The position numbers and the translations under genes are program-made. Shown piece by piece: positions 20,165 to 27,488 of a DNA stretch of 64,000 bases (within the stretch, counting starts at the first letter, position 1; the number at the start of each line of letters is the position of its first letter). This stretch comes from an uncultured Chloroflexia bacterium (GTDB taxonomy: Bacteria > Chloroflexota > Limnocylindria > Limnocylindrales > CSP1-4). The stretch covers positions 473,141 through 537,140 of the forward strand of contig CAWEHW010000001.1 in the NCBI GenBank assembly GCA_963809045.1, given 5' to 3'. The notes beneath the pieces were generated by a model that saw only the letters and a program-made list of their open reading frames with translations, ran no database searches and had not been told where the DNA came from.

Positions 20165-20938
20165 GACGAGGTTGGCCAGCACCTGGGCCAGGTGATCCGC
20201 ATTGGCTCGAGCCGGGAGCCGGGCAGGAAGGTCGACGTCGAGAACAAGACCGGCCCGTTCGAGCGTCGGCTGCGCGAGCTCGAGGGCGGTTCGGATGGCC
20301 TCGGCAAGGTCGATGGCTTCGATCGTGGCTGGCGCGTCGGAAGCGTCGCCTTCGGCGAGCGCATCGAGAGATCGCGACAGCCGCACGAGCCGATCCGCTT
20401 CGTCGAGCAGCGATTCGTATGTCGCCTGGTCGGCGGTGATGACCCCGTCCCGTAACGCTTCGAGATAGCCCTGCAGGTTGGTCAGCGGCGTCCGCAGCTC
20501 GTGCGCGGCGTTGGCAATGAAGTCACGACGCATCTGCTCCTGGCGCTCGAGGCTCCCGGCCATCTGGTTGAACGAGTCGGCCAGGGACGCGATCTCGGCG
20601 GGTCCGTCACGGGGCACGCGTGCGGCGTAATCCCCTTCGGCGACCCGGCGCGCCGCCAGGCCGACCTCTTCCAGCGGCCGGGCCAGCATCCGGGCCATCA
20701 CGATCGCCAGGATGACGCTCGCCAATGCGGCCACCAGCACGGCGGCCGCGACGACCCCGGTGACCGACTCGTCGTACATCTGCCGGGCGTGGTCCGCGGA
20801 GTCGCCAGCCTCGACCATCAGGGCCGTGAACACGTCGGCGCCGACCACGGCGACGCCGACGGCGAGGATGATCAGGCCGACGGCCGCGGACGCCAGGGCC
20901 GCGGCCGCGATCCTGGCGGCGATCCCGCGTCCGATCAC
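19874..20938 (-). CDS. sensor histidine kinase (HAMP, HisKA, HATPase)
   Basis: Two TM helices, HAMP, H-box (NAAHELRTPL), and N/G boxes (LANLVSNAERYT, GIGLAIVKQLVE). GTG start overlaps the response-regulator stop (GTGA). Confidence 0.8.
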   Translation of the reverse strand: MIGRGIAARIAAAALASAAVGLIILAVGVAVVGADVFTALMVEAGDSADHARQMYDESVTGVVAAAVLVAALASVILAIVMARMLARPLEEVGLAARRVAEGDYAARVPRDGPAEIASLADSFNQMAGSLERQEQMRRDFIANAAHELRTPLTNLQGYLEALRDGVITADQATYESLLDEADRLVRLSRSLDALAEGDASDAPATIEAIDLAEAIRTALELAQPTLERAGLVLDVDLPARLPARANADHLAQVLANLVSNAERYTPRGGMVTVRAERRPGDVLVTISNTGGGIPPDDLERVFERFYRVEKSRDRARGGAGIGLAIVKQLVEAGGGRVGAESGDGLTRFWFSLPV

Positions 20939-21786
20939 GTCGAGTCGGCGCTGGTCGCCGGAAGCGCGTCGGTCGTGGCCGGCGGGGCCGCCCGGTAACC
21001 GAGGCCACGAACGGTCGCGACATAGCGCGGCTGATCGGCGTCGTCGCCAAGCTTGTCGCGCAGGCGGCCGACGTGCACATCCACGGTTCGATCGAGCACG
21101 TCGGCAGCCTCCGGGCCATAGACGGCGTCGAGGAGCTGGTCGCGGCTGAGCACGCGGCCGTCGGCCTCGAGGATCGACTCCAGGAGCCGGAACTCGACCC
21201 GGGTGAGGGGAACGACACGGCCCGCCTGCTGGACTTCGTGACGACCCGGGTCGACGACGAGATCGGCGCGACGAAGGGTTTGGCGGCCGCGGGGCATGCT
21301 TGATGAGCCGGCCGGCGTGGTGTCGACCGAGGCGCTCGTCGCCGTCCGTCGGAGGATCGACTTGACCCGGAGGACAAGCTCGGCCGGCGAAAACGGCTTG
21401 GGCAGGTAGTCGTCCGCACCGTCCTCGAGGCCGGCGATCCGATCGATGGTCGAGCTGCGCGCGGACAGCACGAGGATCGGCGTGTGTCCGGCCTCCTCGT
21501 CGCGGCGCACGGCGCGGATCACGGCCCGCCCGTCGAGCTCGGGCAGCATCAGGTCGAGCACGACCAGAGCCGGCTCGTGCGTCTCGATGGCCTCGAGGGC
21601 AGCCGGTCCGTCGGCAGCGGTGACGACGCTGAACCCCTCGCGTTCGAGGTAGGTCCTGACCAGCCGGACGATCTTGGCGTCGTCGTCGACGACCAGGATC
21701 GGTCGGTCGGGGATCGGCTGGGGCGGCGGGCCGGACATCGCGTGCATGGTAGGGGAGCGAGGGTAGGCGTCCGAAGTGACGGTCAC
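20935..21786 (-). CDS. OmpR-family response regulator
   Basis: Receiver (ILVVDDDAKIVRLV...LVVLDLMLPELDG) plus winged-helix trans_reg_C (RVLSRDQLLDAVYG...VDVHVGRLRDKL). The start may be an internal Met (~21741-21747). Confidence 0.85.
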   Translation of the reverse strand: MTVTSDAYPRSPTMHAMSGPPPQPIPDRPILVVDDDAKIVRLVRTYLEREGFSVVTAADGPAALEAIETHEPALVVLDLMLPELDGRAVIRAVRRDEEAGHTPILVLSARSSTIDRIAGLEDGADDYLPKPFSPAELVLRVKSILRRTATSASVDTTPAGSSSMPRGRQTLRRADLVVDPGRHEVQQAGRVVPLTRVEFRLLESILEADGRVLSRDQLLDAVYGPEAADVLDRTVDVHVGRLRDKLGDDADQPRYVATVRGLGYRAAPPATTDALPATSADST

Positions 21787-21823
21787 GTGACGATCCGCCG
21801 CGAGCCGTCGGGGTCTTGATTCG

Positions 21824-21843
21824 ATAGAACAGATGTTCTATCT
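21824..21843. promoter_or_regulatory. LexA (SOS/Cheo-type) box GATAGAACAGATGTTCTATC in the imuA' / response-regulator divergent promoter
   Basis: Perfect inverted repeat TAGAAC-N4-GTTCTA matching the GAAC-N4-GTTC LexA core. Lies 8 nt upstream of the proposed imuA' start and 38 nt upstream of the divergent RR start. Confidence 0.6.
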
Positions 21844-21850
21844 TGGATGG

Positions 21851-22948
21851 ATGACGGCACTCCCCGCGGACGTGACGGCAGCCGTGGCGAGCCTCCAGGC
21901 TCGCTGGGGTGCGGCAGCTCCGCGGATCGCCGAACGAGCCACGGATGGGGCCCTGGCCCTGGCGCCCGAATCGGCGCCAAATCCGGACCCGGGACCACTG
22001 CCCGTCCCGGTCCGGGACGCGAACGAGCGGATCGTCCGGACCGGGTTTGCCGCGCTCGACGCGATCCTGGGACCGGGCGGGCTGCCTCGTTCGGCGAGCG
22101 TCGCCATCCGTGGCGATGGCTCCAGCGGCCGGACCACGCTCGTGCTGCGGCTTGCCGCAGAGGCGCAGTCCACCGGGTCCATCGTGGCCTGGCTGGACCT
22201 CGCCAGGAGCTTTGATCCGGTCGAAGCGGTCGCCCGTGGCGTTCGGCTCGAATGGCTGGTGGTCATCACTCCCGAAACGCTCGACGAAGGGCTGGCCATC
22301 GGTGGGGCGTTGCTTGCCGGGCGTTCGGTGGACCTGCTGGTCCTGGACCTGCCCGGTGGCCGGCTGGCGGCGACGGACCGTCCCGCGGTCATCGCCGAAC
22401 GGCTCGGCCGTCTCGCCGCCCTGGCCAGGCGAGCGGAGACGTTGCTCGTCGTGCTGGAACCGCCCGGTCTCGCCGGCAGCCTGGCCGGAGCCGTGGCCGA
22501 ATCGACCAGCCTCCGCCTGGAGCTGGCCCGGCGGTCGTGGATCCGCCTCGGGCGCGACATCGTCGGCCAGCGCACCGAAGCGCTGGTCGCCCGGAACCGC
22601 TACGGCCCGCCGGGGCGCCGGGCGACGCTCCGGATCCTCTACGCGGACGGCGGGGAGCGCGACGCCTGCCTCCGCCGTGACGAGCTCCTCCTCGACCAGA
22701 TCGTCGATCCAGCCCCCGCGAGTCATCCCGAACGGACCCACCGCGATGCGACTGCTTCATCTCTACCGGCCACACCTCCCCCTCGAGCTCGCCAGGGTGC
22801 GGGCCTCCGAGCCCTTCCCGCCCGGCCCGCTCATCCTGGGCGGCCGGCCGTGGGATCCGGGCCCGGTCATCGACGCGGATCCGGAAGCGCGGGCACTGGG
22901 CGTCCGCCGGGGGATCCCGCTCGGGAGCGCCCATCGGCTCGTTCCTGA
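21851..22948 (+). CDS. imuA: ImuA' (RecA/SulA-like SOS mutagenesis protein); 3' end uncertain
   Basis: RecA-like core FAALDAILGPGGLPRSASVAIRGDGSSGRTTLVLRLAA...VDLLVLD. Start moved to the Met at 21851 because the track start at 21833 sits inside the LexA box. The first in-frame stop is at 22948, 200 nt past the imuB start. Confidence 0.65.
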   Translation: MTALPADVTAAVASLQARWGAAAPRIAERATDGALALAPESAPNPDPGPLPVPVRDANERIVRTGFAALDAILGPGGLPRSASVAIRGDGSSGRTTLVLRLAAEAQSTGSIVAWLDLARSFDPVEAVARGVRLEWLVVITPETLDEGLAIGGALLAGRSVDLLVLDLPGGRLAATDRPAVIAERLGRLAALARRAETLLVVLEPPGLAGSLAGAVAESTSLRLELARRSWIRLGRDIVGQRTEALVARNRYGPPGRRATLRILYADGGERDACLRRDELLLDQIVDPAPASHPERTHRDATASSLPATPPPRARQGAGLRALPARPAHPGRPAVGSGPGHRRGSGSAGTGRPPGDPARERPSARS

Positions 22949-24029
22949 GGCGACCTTCCTCGATCCGGATCACGACGCCGACCGGGCGGCCGTCGAGGCC
23001 GCCTTCGAGGCGCTCGCAACGTTCAGCCCGGGGATCGCCGGCAGCACGGACCCGCTCGATCCGGCGTTCGGCCTGTTCGAGGTCCAGATCGACGGTCTCG
23101 AGCGGTTGTGGGGCCCCGAACCGGTGCTCATCGACCGGCTGGCCACCGCACTGGAGCGCTCGCTTGGGGGCGGCGAGGCTCCGGCGGGGAACGGCGGGGT
23201 TCGCGCGGGGATCGCCGGGACCCGGTTCACGGCCACGATCGCCGCGATCCACGCCCGCCCGGCCGCCGCCATCGTGGTCCCCGTGGGCGGCGAGGCCGAA
23301 TTCCTCGCCCCGCATCCCTCGACGCTGCTGACCACCGACCCGGATGTTCGGGCCAGGCTCGTCCGCTTTGGGCTGCGTCGGATCGGGGCGGTTGCCGAGC
23401 TTCCCCGCTCGGCGTTGATCGCCCGGTTTGGCGTGGAAGGTGGGCGGATCCATGCCCGTGCCCGGGGGGAGGAACTGGAGCCATTCCGGCCACGCCGGAC
23501 ACCCGAGCGCCTGACCCTCGCGCTCCCGATCGAACCGGCCGCCGAAGGCATCGAACCGCTGCGCTTCGTCCTCCACCGACTCGCCTCCGCCCTGACCGAT
23601 CAGCTGGCGGCTCGGGGCCTGGCGGCGTCGAAAGCGCATCTCCACCTCGACCTGGACCTCGCGTTTGCGAGGGCAGGGACGCCATCCGAGCTGGACGTGG
23701 AACAACGGTTTCCGGAACCCACCGCGGAGGCCGAGGCGATCGAGCGACTCCTGTTCGCGAGGCTGGAGCGAACCCCGCCTCCGGCTGCCGTGGAGCGCCT
23801 GGCCCTGGAGCTGGATGGCACGGCGCCGGCGGCCGGTCAACAACTCCTGCTGTTCACTCCCCAGGCCGCCCGGGGAGCCCGGCTCGAGTGGCAGCTGGCC
23901 CGGCTCGCCCTGACGTTTGGCGAGGATCGCGTCCGGCGGGTCGACCTGGCCGATCCGGAGGCACCGTTGCCGGAGGCCCGCTGGCGTTGGCGGCCGATCC
24001 TCTCGGGTGACGGGGGCGTGGCGCGATGA
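22746..24029 (+). CDS. imuB: ImuB (catalytically inactive Y-family polymerase-like mutasome subunit)
   Basis: Located directly after the ImuA-like gene and before dnaE2. ~427 aa with Y-family-like N-terminal fold (LHLYRPHLPLELA...RRGIPLGSAHRLVPEATFL). Typical imuA'-imuB gene order. Confidence 0.75.
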   Translation: MRLLHLYRPHLPLELARVRASEPFPPGPLILGGRPWDPGPVIDADPEARALGVRRGIPLGSAHRLVPEATFLDPDHDADRAAVEAAFEALATFSPGIAGSTDPLDPAFGLFEVQIDGLERLWGPEPVLIDRLATALERSLGGGEAPAGNGGVRAGIAGTRFTATIAAIHARPAAAIVVPVGGEAEFLAPHPSTLLTTDPDVRARLVRFGLRRIGAVAELPRSALIARFGVEGGRIHARARGEELEPFRPRRTPERLTLALPIEPAAEGIEPLRFVLHRLASALTDQLAARGLAASKAHLHLDLDLAFARAGTPSELDVEQRFPEPTAEAEAIERLLFARLERTPPPAAVERLALELDGTAPAAGQQLLLFTPQAARGARLEWQLARLALTFGEDRVRRVDLADPEAPLPEARWRWRPILSGDGGVAR

Positions 24030-24274
24030 CCCGGTTGCTTCGGGAGCACCCCACGATCGAGACCGAGCTCGGCGACGACGGCCGGCTGCTGGCGATCCGG
24101 TGGAACGGCCGGCGCGAGGTGGTCGAGGTCTGCAACCGCTGGCGGGTCGAGGAGGCCTGGTGGCGAGGACCGATCGCCCGCGACTATTTCAAGGTTGCCG
24201 GCGATCGCTGGCTGGCGCTCGTCTACTTCGATCGCGTGGACGGCACATGGCACCTCGAGCGTCTCTACGACTAG
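24026..24274 (+). CDS. hypothetical Trp-rich protein (82 aa), translationally coupled to imuB
   Basis: ATG overlaps the imuB stop (ATGA). Translation MTRLLREHPTIETELGDDGRLLAIRWNGRREVVEVCNRWRVEEAWWRGPIARDYFKVAGDRWLALVYFDRVDGTWHLERLYD has a protein-like composition. Confidence 0.5.
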   Translation: MTRLLREHPTIETELGDDGRLLAIRWNGRREVVEVCNRWRVEEAWWRGPIARDYFKVAGDRWLALVYFDRVDGTWHLERLYD

Positions 24275-24282
24275 AAGGCCGC

Positions 24283-24387
24283 CTAACGCGGTGGCGTGCC
24301 CAGCATCAGGCTGACAACAAAGAGGATCAGCAAGACGCCGACAACGAGCGCGAGCGCCGCGACGTCACGCGGATGGGCGGTCTGCAC
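24283..24387 (-). CDS. possible small membrane peptide (34 aa)
   Basis: GTG-initiated ORF VQTAHPRDVAALALVVGVLLILFVVSLMLGTPPR. No good RBS. Weak call. Confidence 0.2.
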   Translation of the reverse strand: MQTAHPRDVAALALVVGVLLILFVVSLMLGTPPR

Positions 24388-24500
24388 GATGCCATCTCCC
24401 CCTTGCCGAGACCGAACCAGTAGCGCCGAACCGGTTCGCCGTCAGCATAGCCCGGGTGCTCGAACGGCGTTGCGCCGGCGCACCAACCGGCGCGCCGCGG

Positions 24501-24995
24501 TCACGGTGCCGGGCAGCCGCCTCCGTATCGCACGGTGATCGTGGTCAGGCCACCCAGCGGAGCGACGGCGACCTGGATTCGGCAGTCCGATGCGCCCTCG
24601 GAGTCGAGAACGAAGCTCCCGTCCTCGAGCGGGCCGTTGAGCGCCTCGGTGGCGTACGTCGCTCGCTCCAGCTCGGTCTGCATCCAGCCGGCCACGGTCC
24701 GGGCGTCGGCGCCCTCGAGCGCGAGGGTGGCAGACGCCACTTCGGTTGCCGCGTCGTCCGCCGGCGTAGCCCCGGGGTAGACCGGGAACGCCTCGGGCAC
24801 GCCATCCCAGATCCGACCCCAGTCCGTGTCGGTCTGTCCCGCGGGCGCAGGGTTTGAACCTGGCCCGCCCGTGGATGGCTCGACCGCCGGCGAGGGCCCG
24901 CTGGGGATCGACGCCGGTGTCGAGGGACCGCACGCCGCGACCACCAGGTATGTGGCAAAGGTGACGCCGAGCGCGCGCCTGGACGTCAGGGTCAT
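24501..24995 (-). CDS. lipoprotein, function unknown
   Basis: Signal peptide with lipobox (LVVAAC), then a Pro/Ser/Gly-rich linker and a ~100-aa domain. Confidence 0.6.
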   Translation of the reverse strand: MTLTSRRALGVTFATYLVVAACGPSTPASIPSGPSPAVEPSTGGPGSNPAPAGQTDTDWGRIWDGVPEAFPVYPGATPADDAATEVASATLALEGADARTVAGWMQTELERATYATEALNGPLEDGSFVLDSEGASDCRIQVAVAPLGGLTTITVRYGGGCPAP

Positions 24996-25164
24996 TCGAC
25001 CATCCTAGCCCTGGACGTGGCAGGACCCCGCCGCCCCCAAGCGACGGGGTCCTGCAGCCGTAGATGAGCCGCTCACCAGCTCACCTGGCGGGTCAGCACG
25101 TCAATCGTCGCGACCGCGTGCCGCCGGGTCGTCCGGAGCCCCCAGGCACCGGGACGGTAGTTGT

Positions 25165-25326
25165 TCAGTTGCGACCGGCCTGGGCCGCCAGGATCGCCGG
25201 AAAGAGGCCCAGGATCAGCAGCATCGCCATGCCGACCATGGCACCGATCCGGAGGACCGGGCCGATGAGCTGGCGCAGCGGTGCGTGCATGCCGATGAGA
25301 CGCCGGTCCGGTTGGTCTTGTTTCAT
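25165..25326 (-). CDS. small membrane protein (53 aa), divergent from dnaE2
   Basis: MKQDQPDRRLIGMHAPLRQLIGPVLRIGAMVGMAMLLILGLFPAILAAQAGRN, one TM helix. Its start lies 9 nt from the dnaE2 LexA box. Confidence 0.35.
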   Translation of the reverse strand: MKQDQPDRRLIGMHAPLRQLIGPVLRIGAMVGMAMLLILGLFPAILAAQAGRN

Positions 25327-25334
25327 TCGCAAAG

Positions 25335-25352
25335 ATAGAACATTTGTTCTAT
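25335..25352. promoter_or_regulatory. LexA (SOS/Cheo-type) box ATAGAACATTTGTTCTAT upstream of and overlapping the dnaE2 start
   Basis: Perfect TAGAAC-N4-GTTCTA palindrome, near-identical to the box at 21824. The MFY... track start of dnaE2 lies inside it. Confidence 0.6.
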
Positions 25353-27488
25353 GATGACCAGCCCCCCAGTCAGCCGCTTCGAGCGGAGCGACCCGTGGCG
25401 CAGACGCCGTACGCCGAACTCCACTGCCACACCAACTTCTCGTTCCTCGATGGGGCGTCACCGGCTGACGATCTCGTGGAGCGTGCCGTCGAGCTGGGTT
25501 TGACAGGGCTGGCCGTCACGGACCATGCCGGGCTCTATGGCGCGGTTCGGTTCGTCAGCGCGGCCGAGGCCGCCGGACTGCACCCGCTGGTCGGGCTCGA
25601 GATCGAACTGCTGGACCCGGCCGTTCCGGATCCCGACGGGCTCGTCCTGGCGCCGCGCCGGCCAGTTCGCCGGGGACGGCGTGCTCACCCGGTTGACGGC
25701 ACGTCGTCGCCCGACGCTGCCGAAGGTCTGCCGGTCCGTCCACGTCCGGTGCGGCCGCTGCTCCCGGGTCATCGCGAGCCGGTCAAGGAGGACCTGCGCG
25801 GCATCCGTGATCGGACGCGCGGGCCACATCTCGTCCTGCTGGCTCGATCGCAGGTTGGCTGGCGGAGCCTCTGCCGGCTCGTGTCGCGGGCCAACCTGGT
25901 CGGGACCAAGGGTGTCCCGCGCTTCAGCCAGGCGTTGCTCGCCGCGCACACGGAGGGCCTGGTGGCGCTGTCGGGTTGCGGCGAAGGCGAGCTGGCTCGC
26001 CGGTTGCGGGCGGGCGATCGTTCCGGCGCACAGGCGGTGGCCGAGCGCTACGCGGCCCTGTTCGGACGTGGCGATGGCCCGGCTACGGCCGGTTTCTTCG
26101 TCGAGCTGTCGCACCACCTGCTCCCCGACGACGACTGGCTCGTGTCCGAATCGGCGGCCCTCGCCGAGGAGCTCGGATTGCCGGTCGTGGTCACCAACGA
26201 CGTCCACTACGCCCGGCCGGAGGACCGCGAGCTCGCCGACGTCCTGACCGCCATTCGCCACGGCCGGTCGCTCGACACGCTCGGCGACCTGCGCCGGCCC
26301 GATGGTGAGTCGTACCTCAAGTCGGGTGACGAGATGGGCGCGCTCCCACCCGGCGATCCCGCGGTGGCGACCGGCGATCCGCGCGCCGCCCGAGCCTGGG
26401 CGGAGGGCCTGACGACGGCGGCGGAGCTCGCGGCGTCCTGCTCGATCGATCTCGGCTTCGAGCAGTACCGTTTCCCGGGCTTCCCGGTCCCCGACGGGGA
26501 GACGCCCTTTTCGTACCTGTCCGAGCTGTGCTGGGAGGGCGCCCGGAAGCGCTACCACCCCCTGACCTCGGCGGTCGTCATGCGGCTCGCCCACGAGCTC
26601 GAGGTCATCGAGCGAGCCGGCCTCGCCGAGTTCTTCCTGATCTGCTGGGACCTGATGCGCTTCGCGAAGGAGCAGAAGATCCCGGCGCAGGGCCGGGGCA
26701 GCGCGACCAGCTCGATCGTGTCGTACACCCTCGGGATCAGCCGGGTGGAGCCCATCGCCCACAACCTCCTGTTCGAGCGGTTCATCAATCCCGGCCGGAC
26801 GACCTACCCGGACGTCGACATCGACTTCAGCTCGGAACGGCGTGAGGAGGTCATCCAGTACGTCTACCGGCGCTACGGCCCAGAACACACGGGGATGGTC
26901 TGCAACCTCGTGACATACCGGGCACGGTCCGCGGTGCGCGAGGTGGGCTACGCGCTGGGGTTCCCGCGGCCGCTCGTCGATCGGGTCGCGAAGGCGCTCG
27001 AGACCTACGACAGCGTGATGGTCCGGCGCGACCTCGAGGCTGACGGTGGGTTTGCCGAGTTCTTCCGGCGGACGGGAGAGGGGCTGCCACCCGAGGCGGG
27101 CGCGGCCCAGGCCGCCCAAGCTCTCGGACTGGTCGACGGAATGGGCCAGCTGAACACGCGGATCCCGCTCATCGGAAAGGTGCCGCCCTGGCGCCAGACG
27201 CCGAAGCCGGAGGACCCGGACGCACCGCAACCGTTCGCCTGGCTCAACGAAGGGTCGGATGGGTCCGGGACGGAGGGCGGGCCGTCGGCCGCCGACGTCG
27301 CGGCCCCGGTGCCCGTGCCCGACGATTCCCACCGCCTACCAACCCCTGTGGTGCGCGACAGCACGGATGCCTCGACCGCCCACCATGCACCACCCCGATT
27401 GGTACGTGGTGTCGATCAAGTGGATTCGGCTGTCCCTGGGAGCGGACGGGCTAGGCCCACCCATGTCCCGTACTACCCCGGTTGGTAA
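25344..27488 (+). CDS. dnaE2: error-prone DNA polymerase DnaE2/ImuC, N-terminal segment (PHP and palm; frame 0)
   Basis: YAELHCHTNFSFLDGAS (PHP), then GRGSATSSIVSYTLGIS...PDVDIDF (palm catalytic Asp residues). Frame ends at TAA 27486-27488 inside a low-complexity insertion. The true start may be the GTG near 25398. Confidence 0.8.
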   Translation: MFYDDQPPSQPLRAERPVAQTPYAELHCHTNFSFLDGASPADDLVERAVELGLTGLAVTDHAGLYGAVRFVSAAEAAGLHPLVGLEIELLDPAVPDPDGLVLAPRRPVRRGRRAHPVDGTSSPDAAEGLPVRPRPVRPLLPGHREPVKEDLRGIRDRTRGPHLVLLARSQVGWRSLCRLVSRANLVGTKGVPRFSQALLAAHTEGLVALSGCGEGELARRLRAGDRSGAQAVAERYAALFGRGDGPATAGFFVELSHHLLPDDDWLVSESAALAEELGLPVVVTNDVHYARPEDRELADVLTAIRHGRSLDTLGDLRRPDGESYLKSGDEMGALPPGDPAVATGDPRAARAWAEGLTTAAELAASCSIDLGFEQYRFPGFPVPDGETPFSYLSELCWEGARKRYHPLTSAVVMRLAHELEVIERAGLAEFFLICWDLMRFAKEQKIPAQGRGSATSSIVSYTLGISRVEPIAHNLLFERFINPGRTTYPDVDIDFSSERREEVIQYVYRRYGPEHTGMVCNLVTYRARSAVREVGYALGFPRPLVDRVAKALETYDSVMVRRDLEADGGFAEFFRRTGEGLPPEAGAAQAAQALGLVDGMGQLNTRIPLIGKVPPWRQTPKPEDPDAPQPFAWLNEGSDGSGTEGGPSAADVAAPVPVPDDSHRLPTPVVRDSTDASTAHHAPPRLVRGVDQVDSAVPGSGRARPTHVPYYPGW

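Noticed and set aside
24427-24438. Perfect 12-bp palindrome CGAACCGGTTCG as a third LexA box
   Set aside because: The spacer between GAAC and GTTC is 2 nt, not the 4 nt of the two bona fide boxes. It lies between the 3' end of a lipoprotein gene and a doubtful 34-aa ORF. It is probably fortuitous or a different factor's site.
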